The notes under the pieces were generated by a model that ran no database searches, was not told where the DNA came from, and worked only from the letters and a program-made list of their open reading frames with translations. Positions 42,360 to 52,818 of a stretch of DNA of 64,000 nt are shown piece after piece. The stretch's first letter is position 1; the number at the start of each line of letters is the position of its first letter. The position numbers and the translations under genes were made by a program. This DNA is from Desulfobacterales bacterium (lineage in GTDB: Bacteria > Desulfobacterota > Desulfobacteria > Desulfobacterales > UBA2174): contig CAXXWC010000019.1 of NCBI GenBank assembly GCA_963668645.2, positions 96,001 to 160,000 on the forward strand, given 5' to 3'.

Positions 42360-43289
42360 CTAGCCGGCTTGTTCTTGCAGGTATCCGACAACCCCGCGAA
42401 TGCTGTTGTTCAGAAAACCGGCTTCACGGCGTTGGGTTGCGGCAGGCATAGCGGCAAAAGGTGCCAGGAGGGGATCGGATCCCAGCAGGCGCTGGCGGCA
42501 GGCGTCGATCAGGGCCGAACCATCGAGGCCGGCTTGCATCGTCTCGGCCACCAGGTTACGCCATAAGAGCAACTGGCGGCGGTGGGCCGCCAGCAGGCGG
42601 GGGCCGTCTTCGCTCAGACCGAAGTGGCCGTAACAAAACCGGGCGTGGCCGATGGACGAGAGCCGATCGATGCTTTCCAGGTGGGTTTCGAGAAAGAAGC
42701 GCGGTGGGGTGGCCGGCCTCAGGTACTGTGCACCGCCTATGTCGTAAAACACCCCTCCGGCCTCTCCGGCGAACAGCACGTCTTGCACCAAAAAACTGAC
42801 ATGATGGGGGGCATGGCCCGGGGTGGCCACCGCGCTCAGGCCCCCAATGCGGCATGTTTCGGCATCCACCAACCGTTCAGCCGCTACCGGTCGGATCTCA
42901 CCGTAAGCACGGGCCGTGGCACCGAGGGTTTTGAGACTGCCTTGCCACAGGCGCGCGGGGTCGGTCAGATGCTTGATGGCGCTGCGGTGGCAAATTACCG
43001 GGACCGCGGGCCAACGGTCGCAAAGATGCCCCACGACACCGGCATGGTCCAGGTGGATGTGGGTTAACAAAATGGCATCCGGCTGCCCGATGCCCAGCGC
43101 TTCCAGCCCCCGCATCAACCGTTCCAGGCCGGCGGCCGGTCCCGGATCGACCAGGAGTATCGGCGGTCCCTGCCAGAGCCAGGCGCTGATAAAATCGGTA
43201 AAGCCATCCAGTTCCGGTTGATCCAAAACGATCTGAAACAAGCCGGGGCCCGCGGGCCGCAAAACCCCGTCCCAAACGGCCGCCATCAT
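42360..43289 (-). CDS. MBL-fold metallo-hydrolase
   Basis: VDPGP, THIHLDHAG, TPGHAPHH, YGHFG. Confidence 0.9.
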   Translation of the reverse strand: MMAAVWDGVLRPAGPGLFQIVLDQPELDGFTDFISAWLWQGPPILLVDPGPAAGLERLMRGLEALGIGQPDAILLTHIHLDHAGVVGHLCDRWPAVPVICHRSAIKHLTDPARLWQGSLKTLGATARAYGEIRPVAAERLVDAETCRIGGLSAVATPGHAPHHVSFLVQDVLFAGEAGGVFYDIGGAQYLRPATPPRFFLETHLESIDRLSSIGHARFCYGHFGLSEDGPRLLAAHRRQLLLWRNLVAETMQAGLDGSALIDACRQRLLGSDPLLAPFAAMPAATQRREAGFLNNSIRGVVGYLQEQAG

Positions 43290-43438
43290 TTCTCCGCAAT
43301 GCCCATACGGAGTTCCAGGGCGTTGATCTGGGTTAGAATTTCCTCGCGCTCGGCAGCCGTCAGATCGGCTTCGGCCAAACGGCGCCGCAAGCCGAGCAGC
43401 AGCATCTCCTCGCGATAGTCGGCACAAGTATAGGTCAT
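43286..43438 (-). CDS. Small hypothetical protein (50 aa)
   Basis: MTYTCADYREEMLLLGLRRRL...; AAGGAG RBS; ATGA overlap with the MBL gene. Confidence 0.65.
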   Translation of the reverse strand: MTYTCADYREEMLLLGLRRRLAEADLTAAEREEILTQINALELRMGIAEK

Positions 43439-43526
43439 GGAACGGTGCTCCTTTTCAACTCTCAACGCTTGTCCCGGAGTGCCCTGATTCATATTGCACC
43501 GGCATGCCTTCGGGAAAGTCCTGCGG

Positions 43527-44180
43527 CTAAATTTGGCCGGCCCGGGCCATGGATTCTTTGAAAATCCGGTAAAAATGGGCGTTGTCCGAAATCCCGCGTT
43601 TCAAAATTTTGGCCAGGGTGTCAAGGTCGCCCACGTGGACCACCAGGTTGGCGCTTTTGTGAAAGGCCGCCATATTGTCCATGGTCCGGAAGCGATCGCT
43701 GACCAGGGCCACGAAGATGTTGCGGCGAAAGCCCATCGGCAGCCGTTCAAGGTAGCGCAGCACACTGTTGCGATCTGGATCAGGGGTGTCGAAACGTTCG
43801 TTGATCACCACCAGGTCAAAGGTGTGAAACCGCATCCTTTTGAGCGCTTCCCGAGCCGAGGCCGCCTCGGTGATGTAAAAGCCCATCTGCCTCAAGGCGG
43901 CGTGAATCTTGGGCCGGTATTCCGGATCGTTTTCACAGATGATGGATGTCTGGGCCCCTTCTTCGATGAAGTCGAAAGGCCGTTCGGACGCATCGTAACC
44001 GCCGGCCGAAACCTCGTTTAAAATCCCCCCCTGCCCGTCCGGAGACCCGTTGCCGGATCGGGGCTGGACAGTAAATTTTTGCTGACATTTTGGGCATTTC
44101 AAGGCAAACGCCTTGCCCGGCGGGACCTTCTCGTCAGAGACCCTGAAGCGGGTCTCGCAGTGCTGGCAGATGACATCCAT
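43527..44180 (-). CDS. Zinc-ribbon (MJ0042-like) plus receiver-like domain protein
   Basis: CQHC...CPKC N-terminus; REC-like IICEND...AREAL...FDLVVINE; GGAGG RBS. Confidence 0.8.
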   Translation of the reverse strand: MDVICQHCETRFRVSDEKVPPGKAFALKCPKCQQKFTVQPRSGNGSPDGQGGILNEVSAGGYDASERPFDFIEEGAQTSIICENDPEYRPKIHAALRQMGFYITEAASAREALKRMRFHTFDLVVINERFDTPDPDRNSVLRYLERLPMGFRRNIFVALVSDRFRTMDNMAAFHKSANLVVHVGDLDTLAKILKRGISDNAHFYRIFKESMARAGQI

Positions 44181-44202
44181 CCAATGCCTCCTCGGTCCGT
44201 TC

Positions 44203-45381
44203 TCAGAAAGGGGATCGATCCTTTTTGCCGTACGCGAAATCGACCGCAAGCCCCTCGATGTCCGTGGTGGCCTCACCCCGTTTGCTCTTGACCGCGTCGA
44301 TGCCCCGGCTCGTGACGGCCAGGCGCGAAGCGTAGGCCAAGGCCGTCTCCTCGGTGATCAATCCCTTTTCGTAAAGCCCCACGATAAATTCGTCGAAGGT
44401 GGTCATGCCGAAGGCGGTGCCCTGCTGGATGATCTCATAGAAGGTCTTGCCCTCGGACTCACCGTTGAGGATGCTGTCCTTGACCCGCAGGTTCGACCCC
44501 ATGATTTCAAATGCCGCCACACGGCTGCCCCCCACTTTGGGCAAAAGGCGCTGGCAAACGATCCAGCGCATGGTATCGGCAAGGCGGATGCGGATCTGCT
44601 TTTCCTCTTCGATGCTGAACATGCCCAGGATGCGGTTGATGGTCTGGCCCGCATCCACCGTATGCAGAGTGGTCAGCACCAGGTGCCCGGTTTCGGCGGC
44701 CGACAGACCGATTTCCACCGTTTCGCGGTCGCGCATCTCGCCCACCAGGATAACCTTCGGCGCCTGGCGCAGGGCCGCGCGCAGCCCGTTGGCAAAAGTG
44801 TCGAAATCGTTGCCCATCTCACGCTGGTTGAACGTCGACTTCTTGTGGGGGTGCTGGTACTCAACCGGGTCTTCCAGGGTAACCACATGCACCGATTTGG
44901 ACTCGTTGATCTGGTTGAGCACGGCGGCCAGAGAGGTGGTCTTGCCGCTGCCGGTGGCCCCGGTAACGAAAACGATCCCGTTTTTCTCTTGGGCGATCTT
45001 CTTGAAGGCAGCCGGCAGATTGAGATCATCGATGGTGGGGATCTTGGATTCGAGCTTACGCAGGACGGTGGAGATATTGCCACGCTGGGAAAAGACGTTC
45101 ACTCGGAAACGCGCCTTTCCCGGCAGTTCGTAGGAAAGGTCGCAGGAGCCCTCGGCCAGCAGGTTGTCGGTCAAACGCCGGTTGCGGTTGATCAGGTTGA
45201 GGCCGAGAATCTCGGTCTGAAACGGGGTCAGTTCTTCGAAGTCCGGCTGAAAAGGAACGCTGACCAGTTGCCCGGAGCTTTCCACCTGGAACGGCTTGCC
45301 GGCGGTAACGTTCAAATCCGATACGTTGTCGTGGGAATCGAGCATCCGGGCCAGAATATAATCGATTTCCTGTCTGCGCAT
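44203..45381 (-). CDS. PilT/PilU-family type IV pilus ATPase (PilU-like paralogue)
   Basis: GATGSGKTT, TLEDPVE, LVGEMRD, TLHT; lacks the AIRNLIRE motif. Confidence 0.9.
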   Translation of the reverse strand: MRRQEIDYILARMLDSHDNVSDLNVTAGKPFQVESSGQLVSVPFQPDFEELTPFQTEILGLNLINRNRRLTDNLLAEGSCDLSYELPGKARFRVNVFSQRGNISTVLRKLESKIPTIDDLNLPAAFKKIAQEKNGIVFVTGATGSGKTTSLAAVLNQINESKSVHVVTLEDPVEYQHPHKKSTFNQREMGNDFDTFANGLRAALRQAPKVILVGEMRDRETVEIGLSAAETGHLVLTTLHTVDAGQTINRILGMFSIEEEKQIRIRLADTMRWIVCQRLLPKVGGSRVAAFEIMGSNLRVKDSILNGESEGKTFYEIIQQGTAFGMTTFDEFIVGLYEKGLITEETALAYASRLAVTSRGIDAVKSKRGEATTDIEGLAVDFAYGKKDRSPF

Positions 45382-45407
45382 GACGCACCCCTTTGCGGCG
45401 GCCGGGC

Positions 45408-46490
45408 TCAGGCCTCGGTGAAGTCGGTGGGCGGATTTCTAAGCAAGGGCCGGAAACGGGCCTTGTCATTGGCCTTCATGTAGGCCTCGTCGGCACCGAT
45501 CCAGCCTCTGTTGAGCAGCCCCATGATAGCATCGTCCAGAAGCTGCATCCCGTAACGTTTGCCGGTTTGGATCATGGACGGCAGTTGGTGGGTCTTGGCC
45601 TCGCGAATCAGGTTGCGCACCGCCGAATTGGCGATGAGGATCTCCAGCGCAGCGCAGCGTCCCTTGCGGTCGATGCGCTTGAAGAGCACCTGCGCCACCA
45701 CCGCTCTCAGACCGTCGGAGAGGGTCGAGCGGATCTGGGGCTGCTCGTTGGCCGGAAAGACCTCGATCACCCGGTCCACGGTCTTGGCCGCACTGGAGGT
45801 GTGCAAAGTGCCGAAAACGAGGTGGCCGGTGGAAGCGGCTTCGATGGCCAGACCGATGGTCTCCAGGTCACGCATCTCGCCGACCAGAATAATGTCCGGA
45901 TCCTCACGCAAGGCCCCTCGCAGCGCGGCGGAAAAAGAGCGGGTGTGGAGCCCCACCTCGCGGTGGTTCACGACGCAGTTTTGACTCTCGTGAACGAATT
46001 CGATGGGATCCTCGATGGTCAGGATGTGGTCCTTGCGCGTACGGTTGGCCTGGTCGATGATCGCCGCCAGGGTGGTCGACTTGCCGCTTCCCGTGGGGCC
46101 GGTGACCAGCACCAGGCCGCGGGGCAGGTTGGCCAGCTTGGAGATCACCGGCGGCAGCCCGAGCTGCTCGGTGGTCATGATCTTGGTGGGAATCTGACGG
46201 AAAACGGCCCCCACCCCGTATTTTTGCATGAAGAAGTTGGCCCGGTAGCGGGCCAGCCCGGGAATCTCGTAGCCGAAGTCAACATCCCCGGTCTCTTCGA
46301 AATGCTTGATCTTGTCCTCCGGGGCGATTTCATAAAGCATAGCGCGCAGCGTATCATCGTCCAGCACTTTGTACTTTACCCGCTCCAGGTCCCCTGTGAT
46401 CCGCAGCACCGGGGCCTGGCCGGAAATCAGGTGGAGGTCTGAAGCTCCCTGATCGTTCATCAGCTTAAAGAAAGCATCGATTTTGGCCAT
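45408..46490 (-). CDS. pilT: Type IV pilus retraction ATPase
   Basis: ASDLHL, GPTGSGKSTT, EDPIEFVH, GEMRD, AVRNLIRE. Confidence 0.95.
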   Translation of the reverse strand: MAKIDAFFKLMNDQGASDLHLISGQAPVLRITGDLERVKYKVLDDDTLRAMLYEIAPEDKIKHFEETGDVDFGYEIPGLARYRANFFMQKYGVGAVFRQIPTKIMTTEQLGLPPVISKLANLPRGLVLVTGPTGSGKSTTLAAIIDQANRTRKDHILTIEDPIEFVHESQNCVVNHREVGLHTRSFSAALRGALREDPDIILVGEMRDLETIGLAIEAASTGHLVFGTLHTSSAAKTVDRVIEVFPANEQPQIRSTLSDGLRAVVAQVLFKRIDRKGRCAALEILIANSAVRNLIREAKTHQLPSMIQTGKRYGMQLLDDAIMGLLNRGWIGADEAYMKANDKARFRPLLRNPPTDFTEA

Positions 46491-46762
46491 CGCTGGTCCC
46501 TCTTAGTTTTAACAAAGGCCTTTCGGGCGCACAAAACGGGAAAAGCCGATTCTCTGACAGCGAGCCGTTGCGGCGGCTTCTCACCGTCAAAATTGCTGCA
46601 CTCCGGCCGCCGGTGTATCGAGCCGTCTGCCGTGCAGGGAAGACAAATCAGCCCGTTATTTCCCACGGTTGGCGTATTTGTAAAGATTAGCGGGAACCGG
46701 AATTGAAGGCAACCGAAAAGATCGCACGCTCGAACGTGGAACGCCTCGTGGTGGAAAACGGT

Positions 46763-47065
46763 CTAGAGCAGAGCCCGGGCCAAGCCGTCAAGCGTGGCCA
46801 CCAGAAACTGCTGGAGGAAAATGATCGCCAGAAAAACGATGATGGGCGAAAAATCGATGCCACCGAACTGAAGCGGCACCATGCGCCGGATCCTTCCCAG
46901 AACCGGTTCCGTGATGTTGTATATAAAGCGCACGATGGGATTGTAGGGGTCCGGATTGACCCAGGAAAGCACAGCCCGGGCGATCACGACCCACATGTAG
47001 AAGTTGAGCAGATAATAGACCACCTTAGCGATGGCCAGCAAAAAATTGGCGAGGATTATGGACAT
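46763..47065 (-). CDS. yggT: YggT family membrane protein
   Basis: AVLSWVNPDPYNPIVRFIYNITEPVL..IRR...GGIDFSPI. Confidence 0.92.
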   Translation of the reverse strand: MSIILANFLLAIAKVVYYLLNFYMWVVIARAVLSWVNPDPYNPIVRFIYNITEPVLGRIRRMVPLQFGGIDFSPIIVFLAIIFLQQFLVATLDGLARALL

Positions 47066-47241
47066 CTTGAATCCTATCGAGAGCAATGATCGTTAAAAGA
47101 CGCGGCGGGTCTTTCTACTCGACCGCCATTGCGGCTTTACCTCAAGCGGCCGCTGCGGTCAAGAAGGGCGGGTTATGCAAAAAACCTGGAAGCAGGATAC
47201 GGGGTTGGCTGCCAAACGCCGATAAATGGGAATCTGTAACC

Positions 47242-47442
47242 TCACCCGCCGGCAATCATCGGCACCAGATGGACCGTGGCCTCGTCGGGTACCGTCGTTT
47301 GGTCGAAGCGCGGCCGGGCCACGATGCGGCCGTTGACCCGCACCGCGGCGCAATCCTGGCCCTCGGGTACACGGTCGAGGATGTCCTTGACCGTGATACC
47401 CGCCTGCCAGGGGATCTGGATCTGATCGCCTACAATGATCAT
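47242..47442 (-). CDS. ThiS/MoaD-family sulfur carrier
   Basis: 66 aa, AVRVNG, C-terminal IAGG. Confidence 0.88.
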   Translation of the reverse strand: MIIVGDQIQIPWQAGITVKDILDRVPEGQDCAAVRVNGRIVARPRFDQTTVPDEATVHLVPMIAGG

Positions 47443-47470
47443 CGCCCCGCCGGGGTTCTATGGTTGAACC

Positions 47471-49612
47471 TTACGCCGTAACCCCGTGTTCAGCCAGCAG
47501 CGCCACCACATCGGGAAAATCAATCCCCAGTCGCCGGGCAGTGGCCAGGGTGGGAATTCCGTCCGCGGTCCAGCCCCGTCGATGGTATACGGCGTCCTTG
47601 AGCTTTTCGTACTCCGCCTCCCGGTGCCGTCGCAGTCGTGCCACTTTTTCACCGGTCGAGAGGCCTTCGATCTCTTCTTGCCAGATCTCCTTGAGCTGTT
47701 TGTCGTAGCGCTCGCGGCGCGATTCGTACTCGTCTTCGGTCACCGGCCCCATGGCCCGGTAGGGAATCGTGTCGCCGTCGCGTTTTCCCTGGCCCATGCG
47801 CAGGTTGAAGATACGCTGGAAGTTGTAGACCTTCTCACTCATGGCGATCAAATCGTCGGGCCCCACGCGACGGCCGGTAACGGCCGAAAAGTAGTCGGCA
47901 TACCACTGAACGTGCTTGACCACCTTGGCCGGTTCGGGATTCTGCTTGTTGTCCTCGGGCACGATGTCATTCCACGGCAGCTTGCACAGACCGCAAAGAC
48001 TGAACCAGGTCCGGAACATGGGAAACCAGTGCAGCGCCTCGGCCTTCTGCTCGAAGGTCGGCATGAAGTTGTGGACCATATCCAGGAAAATCAGCCAGGC
48101 TTCGTCGTGCTGGGGCCCCTTGAGAGCCAACCCGTACCCCCCCTGCTGGGCCAGCGATTCCTTGGTCATGTACTCGGAAAACTCCAGCCCTTTGGACTCC
48201 ATGCCGATATCGGCCATGACGGCCGCATCGGCGCCGAAGCGTTCGGCGAAAATCTGTTTCATGCGCCGGATGCCCTGGCCCACCAGAAGGCCGAAGCCCT
48301 CGCCGCGGGCGATCTGGTGCATCACTTCAAGAACGGCAAGGCGGTTGCCGAAATTCAGCTCGAGCCCCCCGGTGTCGCTGCTGTCGATCAGCCCCAGCGT
48401 GTAGCACTCCAGGACAAAGGCCATCCCCGTCCCGAAGGAGATGGTGTCCAGGCCGTAGGTGTCGCAATAGAAATTGATTTCCAGCACGGTGTACGGATCG
48501 AAGATCCCCAGGTTCGAGCCGCAGCCGGCGATGGTCTCGTACTCAGGGCCATCGACGAACACGCGCTGGCCCTGATAGGGGCCGGTCATGGGCACGAAAT
48601 CGCGCACCCCGTGGGCGCAGGCCACCGTGCAGCCGCGCCAGCATCCGTCGAAGCCCGGATCGAAGATGTGCTCGTAGGTCTCTTCACCCAGATTGTTGCC
48701 GCCAGGATGGGCTCCGTAGCGGAAGTTGTTGACCGGCAGACAGTCGTGGGCGTTCATGATCGGTACCAGGTGGGTCGTACCGACCTTGGCCATGCGATTC
48801 TGCTTGGGATCGAGTTCGACGATCTCCTTGGCGTGCAGCTTGGCCACCTGGCGCAGGCCCGCCTTGTCGGCCGGGGCGTTGGTCTCCAGTGAGACCTGTC
48901 CCCAGCGGGCCACGACGGCCTTGATCCCCTTGCGGATCAGGACGGTGCCGATCCCGCCGCGGCCGGCCTGCTTGTAACGCACGCGGCGGCGTTTGGCATC
49001 GTACCAACTGAAATTGAGGCAGCCCCAGCGGCTGTGACGCGCCCCGGCGCCGGTGGTCACCACCGAGACGTCTACCGGTTTGCCCTGGCAAAAATGCGCG
49101 CTGAGTGCATCGGAAAGGCCGTAGGCATCGTCGCTGAGCCCCGGAGCCTCGAAGATCTCTATCTTTTCTTCGATGCCGTCGATGAGAATCACCTTTTCCG
49201 TCTCGCTGCGGCCGGTGAGGGTCAGGGCGTCGAATCCGGCGAACTTGAGATAGGGACCGAAATACCCGCCCACATTGGAGTCGACCGGGATCCCGGTCAA
49301 CGGCGAGATGGTCGTAACGATGCTCTTTCCCGATCCCGGGTAGCCGGGGGTCCCGCCCATGGGGCCCGAGGCAATGCAAACGGCGTTTTGTGGATCGTCC
49401 CAGCCCGTCTCATCGCGCACGGCCTGCCACATCAGCCACAGGTCGAATCCCTTGCCCCCGATGAAGATCGCCTTCATCGTGTCGTCGACCGGCTCGATGC
49501 GGATCGCATCGGCGCCGATGTCCACCGCCAGGGTCTGGTTGGCGTACCCCTTGTCGATCGTCGGCCGCGCATAGCTCAGGGTGGTCAGGGACTTGAGTTG
49601 CAGCTCGGTCAT
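47471..49612 (-). CDS. Tungsten/molybdopterin aldehyde:ferredoxin oxidoreductase family protein
   Basis: SPLTG, AGRGGIG, CWRGCTVAC Fe-S motif, GPEYET, CDTYGLDTIS, RGWTADGIPT...LG. Confidence 0.92.
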   Translation of the reverse strand: MTELQLKSLTTLSYARPTIDKGYANQTLAVDIGADAIRIEPVDDTMKAIFIGGKGFDLWLMWQAVRDETGWDDPQNAVCIASGPMGGTPGYPGSGKSIVTTISPLTGIPVDSNVGGYFGPYLKFAGFDALTLTGRSETEKVILIDGIEEKIEIFEAPGLSDDAYGLSDALSAHFCQGKPVDVSVVTTGAGARHSRWGCLNFSWYDAKRRRVRYKQAGRGGIGTVLIRKGIKAVVARWGQVSLETNAPADKAGLRQVAKLHAKEIVELDPKQNRMAKVGTTHLVPIMNAHDCLPVNNFRYGAHPGGNNLGEETYEHIFDPGFDGCWRGCTVACAHGVRDFVPMTGPYQGQRVFVDGPEYETIAGCGSNLGIFDPYTVLEINFYCDTYGLDTISFGTGMAFVLECYTLGLIDSSDTGGLELNFGNRLAVLEVMHQIARGEGFGLLVGQGIRRMKQIFAERFGADAAVMADIGMESKGLEFSEYMTKESLAQQGGYGLALKGPQHDEAWLIFLDMVHNFMPTFEQKAEALHWFPMFRTWFSLCGLCKLPWNDIVPEDNKQNPEPAKVVKHVQWYADYFSAVTGRRVGPDDLIAMSEKVYNFQRIFNLRMGQGKRDGDTIPYRAMGPVTEDEYESRRERYDKQLKEIWQEEIEGLSTGEKVARLRRHREAEYEKLKDAVYHRRGWTADGIPTLATARRLGIDFPDVVALLAEHGVTA

Positions 49613-50355
49613 GAAACACCTCTCATTTGGTTGACGTGAAGTTTCTCTTCTGACTCGTGCGCCTCCATGTAGCGGTGGAAGCGGTGCACATGGCTCTGGG
49701 CCATGACGCGGGCCTCGTCCGGCCTCCGGTTGCTCACGGCGCGCATGATGTCGCAAAGGTCCTTGTAGTTCTCTTCAAGCTCCCGTTCGTCCATGGGCAG
49801 GAACCGGTCGTAGTAACGGTGGATGTTCTCGTGGATCGAGTGAAACACGAAGATGTAGACCGGGTTGCCGGTGATCTCGCTCAGGGCCAGATGAAAGTCC
49901 CTGTCCGTCTGGATGAAGGCTTCGCGGTCTGTGGCGGCCACGTATCGGGCCGCATGGTCGAGGATGGCCTGCAACCGCTGCAGGTCTTCGTCCCCGGCCC
50001 GCTGGGTCGCCAGGGAGGCCACGTTGCCTTCCATCCCCTCGCGAAACTCGGCCAGGTGCTTGAGCGAGACCTTGCGCGAACGGATGAGCAGCGCCAGGGT
50101 CTCGCTGGCCTGGTCGCTGCTGAGGCCCCGCACCACCGCCCCGCCGCGCACCCCGAGCCGGATCTCGACCAGACCGCGCTCCTCGAGCACCCTCAGAGCC
50201 TCTCGCAGCGTGCCGCGGCTGGTGTTGAACATCTGGCGCAGCTCGCGTTCGGCCGGCAACACGTCGCCCGTCTCGAGCCGGCCGTCAAGGATGGCGTCCT
50301 GGATCTGGTTGACAACATCCTGAAAGATGCGGTTCTGCGATGCCTGGTGGAACAT
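49609..50355 (-). CDS. GntR/FadR-family transcriptional regulator
   Basis: LPAERELRQMFNTSRGTLREALRVLE..GL; FCD domain with DRDFHLAL..ITGN. Confidence 0.93.
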   Translation of the reverse strand: MFHQASQNRIFQDVVNQIQDAILDGRLETGDVLPAERELRQMFNTSRGTLREALRVLEERGLVEIRLGVRGGAVVRGLSSDQASETLALLIRSRKVSLKHLAEFREGMEGNVASLATQRAGDEDLQRLQAILDHAARYVAATDREAFIQTDRDFHLALSEITGNPVYIFVFHSIHENIHRYYDRFLPMDERELEENYKDLCDIMRAVSNRRPDEARVMAQSHVHRFHRYMEAHESEEKLHVNQMRGVS

Positions 50356-50392
50356 GATCTATCCTTCCGGGAATGGCCATGCTATTGCGATT

Positions 50393-50434
50393 AATGGTTA
50401 AACCATTCCTAACGAATTCTCCTGCCGATGTCAA
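50393..50434 (-). promoter_or_regulatory. Promoter of gntR-aor-thiS with overlapping FadR-type operator
   Basis: Minus strand TTGACA(50434-50429)-17-TAGGAA; palindrome AATGGTTAAACCATT at 50393-50407. Confidence 0.7.
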
Positions 50435-50589
50435 GCCGTATAAACAGAAATATGCCGTAAAATCATCCCGCCAGGACGGCTCTCATTTGTGCTATTTACG
50501 TACCACAGATCTGAAAACCGGCGACGTAAATGATATTTTTCCTTTTATTCCGGAATGTTTTAGAATAATAAGCGAACACCAAAAATACT

Positions 50590-50629
50590 TTGACAAACAC
50601 CGACAATCGCGCTAAATGGTTTTACCATT
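50590..50629 (+). promoter_or_regulatory. Promoter of the oxidoreductase operon with a second FadR-type operator
   Basis: TTGACA(50590)-17-TAAATG; palindrome AATGGTTTTACCATT at 50615-50629. Confidence 0.7.
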
Positions 50630-50730
50630 GAGGCCATACGCATCGAAGTCCCGGCACCATGGAGTCGCCGACGCGATGCACCATATCCCCTACGGCGGCC
50701 TTTGCCGCCCTACTTAAAAGGAGGACCTTC

Positions 50731-52818
50731 ATGGGCGAACACCGGATCCGCCGCCACCCGATCCTGGACGTGCCCGACCAGCGGAAGGTGACCTTCACCT
50801 GGAACGGTCGGCCGCTGGAGGGCCACGCCGGCGAAATGATCTCCTCGGCCCTGATCGCCAACGGCATCCACGTCTTCGGACACCATCACAAGGACCATAG
50901 CCCTCAGGGCATCTATTGCGCCAACGGCCAGTGCAGCCAGTGCCTGGTCATGGCCGACGGCCGGCCGGTCAAATCGTGCATGACAGCACTGACCGCCGGC
51001 ATGACCATCGAAAGCGTCGAAGGGCTGCCCCGCCTGCCGGCCGATGACGCCCCGGTCTCCACGGCGGCCATCGAAACCATCGATACCGACGTGTTGATCA
51101 TCGGCGGCGGTCCGGCCGGGTTGTCGGCCGCCGTGGAGCTTGGCAAACTCGAGGTGCCGACCATCCTGGTGGATGACAAGGACAGGCTCGGCGGCAAACT
51201 GGTGCTTCAGACCCACAAGTTCTTCGGTTCTGTGGCCGACTCGCACGCCGGCACGCGCGGCTACCAGATCGGTGAACTGCTCGCCGCTCAGGTCGCGGCC
51301 CTCGCCTCGGTCGAGATCCTGCTCGAAACCACCGCCGTGGGGGTCTTCGCCGACGGGCTGGTGGGCACGGTCACCGGCGGGCGCTACCGGCTGATCCGCC
51401 CCAAGAAGCTGCTGGTGGCCACCGGAGCCCGGGAAAAAATGCTCTCGTTTCCCGGTAACACCCTGCCGGGGGTCTACGGCGCCGGTGCGTTCCAGACCCT
51501 GGTCAACCGCGACCTAGTGCGCGCCAGCGAACGGGTGCTGATCGTCGGCGGCGGCAATGTCGGCCTGATCGCCGGCTACCACGCCATCCAGGCGGGCATC
51601 GAGGTGGTGGCCCTGATCGAGGCACTGCCAGAGGTTGGCGGCTACAAGGTGCATGCCGACAAGCTGAAGCGCCTCGGCGTGCCGATCTTCACCGGCCATA
51701 CCATCGTCTCGGCCCAGGGCGACGAGCACGTCAAGACCGCCACCATCGCCCGGCTGGACGAAAAATGGCAGGTCGTACCCGGCACCCATCGAACCTACGA
51801 AGTGGACACGGTGCTCATCGCTGTGGGCCTGGCCGAGGTCAACGAATTCGCCCTCAAGGCCCGCGCCTTCGGCTTGGACGTCTATGCCGCTGGCGACGCC
51901 CAGGAAATCGCCGAGGCGTCGGCGGCGATGTTCACCGGACGCATCGAGGGATTCAAGATCGCCTGTGCCCTGGGCCTGCCGGTGGGCGAGATGCCCGCCG
52001 ACTGGGACGCCAAGGCGGCCATCCTCAAATCGCGGCCGGGAAAGGTCGTGGCACCGGTGCCACCCGCCGCCGAGACCGGCGTGTTTCCCGTGTTTCACTG
52101 CACCCAGGAGGTGCCGTGCAACCCGTGCACCTCGGTCTGCCCCGTCGGGGCGATCCACACCGAAAACGACACCCTCACCGGCCTGCCCTACCGCGACGAA
52201 ACCGAGGAATGCACCGGCTGCATGGCGTGCGCGGCAATCTGCCCGGGGCTGGCCATCACGGTGGTCGACTACCGCAAGGACCCCCAGCGCCCTCTGGTAA
52301 CCCTGCCCTACGAGGTCTGGCGCGAGGCCGTCGAGGTCGGCCAGACCATCACAGTCACCGACCGCGAGGGCGCCGTCCTGGGTGAGGCGGCCGTCGAGAA
52401 GATCCGCGTCAAGAAGCAGTACCCCCAGACCCTGCTCGTGCAGCTGCGCCTCGACCGGGCCATGGCCAAACAGGCCGTGGGAATCCGGGTCCAGGCCCGG
52501 GAGGCTGAACCGTCGACCCTTTACGAGAACGCCCCTTTGCCCGACGAGGCGGTGGTCTGCCGCTGCGAGCGGGTCACGGCCGGTGAAATCCGTGCCGCCA
52601 TCCACCAAGGGGTGCGCGACATCAACCAGCTGAAGGCTCTGACGCGCACCGGCATGGGCGCCTGCGGCTCAAAAACCTGCCGTCCCATGGTATGGCGGAT
52701 CTTTCAGGAAGAAGGGATCGACCTGGGTGAGGTGACCGACCGCACCGACCGCCCCCTCTTCGTGGAGGTCCCCATGGGCGTTCTGGCCGGAATCGAGGGA
52801 GGTGAGAGCGATGACTGA
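50731..52818 (+). CDS. Multi-Fe-S FAD oxidoreductase (sarcosine oxidase/proline dehydrogenase alpha-like fusion)
   Basis: CANGQCSQC [2Fe-2S], GGGPAG, ATGARE, GGGNVG, CNPCTSVCP and CTGCMACAAICP [4Fe-4S], CRCE...GACGSKTC BFD-like; AGGAGG RBS. Confidence 0.88.
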   Translation: MGEHRIRRHPILDVPDQRKVTFTWNGRPLEGHAGEMISSALIANGIHVFGHHHKDHSPQGIYCANGQCSQCLVMADGRPVKSCMTALTAGMTIESVEGLPRLPADDAPVSTAAIETIDTDVLIIGGGPAGLSAAVELGKLEVPTILVDDKDRLGGKLVLQTHKFFGSVADSHAGTRGYQIGELLAAQVAALASVEILLETTAVGVFADGLVGTVTGGRYRLIRPKKLLVATGAREKMLSFPGNTLPGVYGAGAFQTLVNRDLVRASERVLIVGGGNVGLIAGYHAIQAGIEVVALIEALPEVGGYKVHADKLKRLGVPIFTGHTIVSAQGDEHVKTATIARLDEKWQVVPGTHRTYEVDTVLIAVGLAEVNEFALKARAFGLDVYAAGDAQEIAEASAAMFTGRIEGFKIACALGLPVGEMPADWDAKAAILKSRPGKVVAPVPPAAETGVFPVFHCTQEVPCNPCTSVCPVGAIHTENDTLTGLPYRDETEECTGCMACAAICPGLAITVVDYRKDPQRPLVTLPYEVWREAVEVGQTITVTDREGAVLGEAAVEKIRVKKQYPQTLLVQLRLDRAMAKQAVGIRVQAREAEPSTLYENAPLPDEAVVCRCERVTAGEIRAAIHQGVRDINQLKALTRTGMGACGSKTCRPMVWRIFQEEGIDLGEVTDRTDRPLFVEVPMGVLAGIEGGESDD

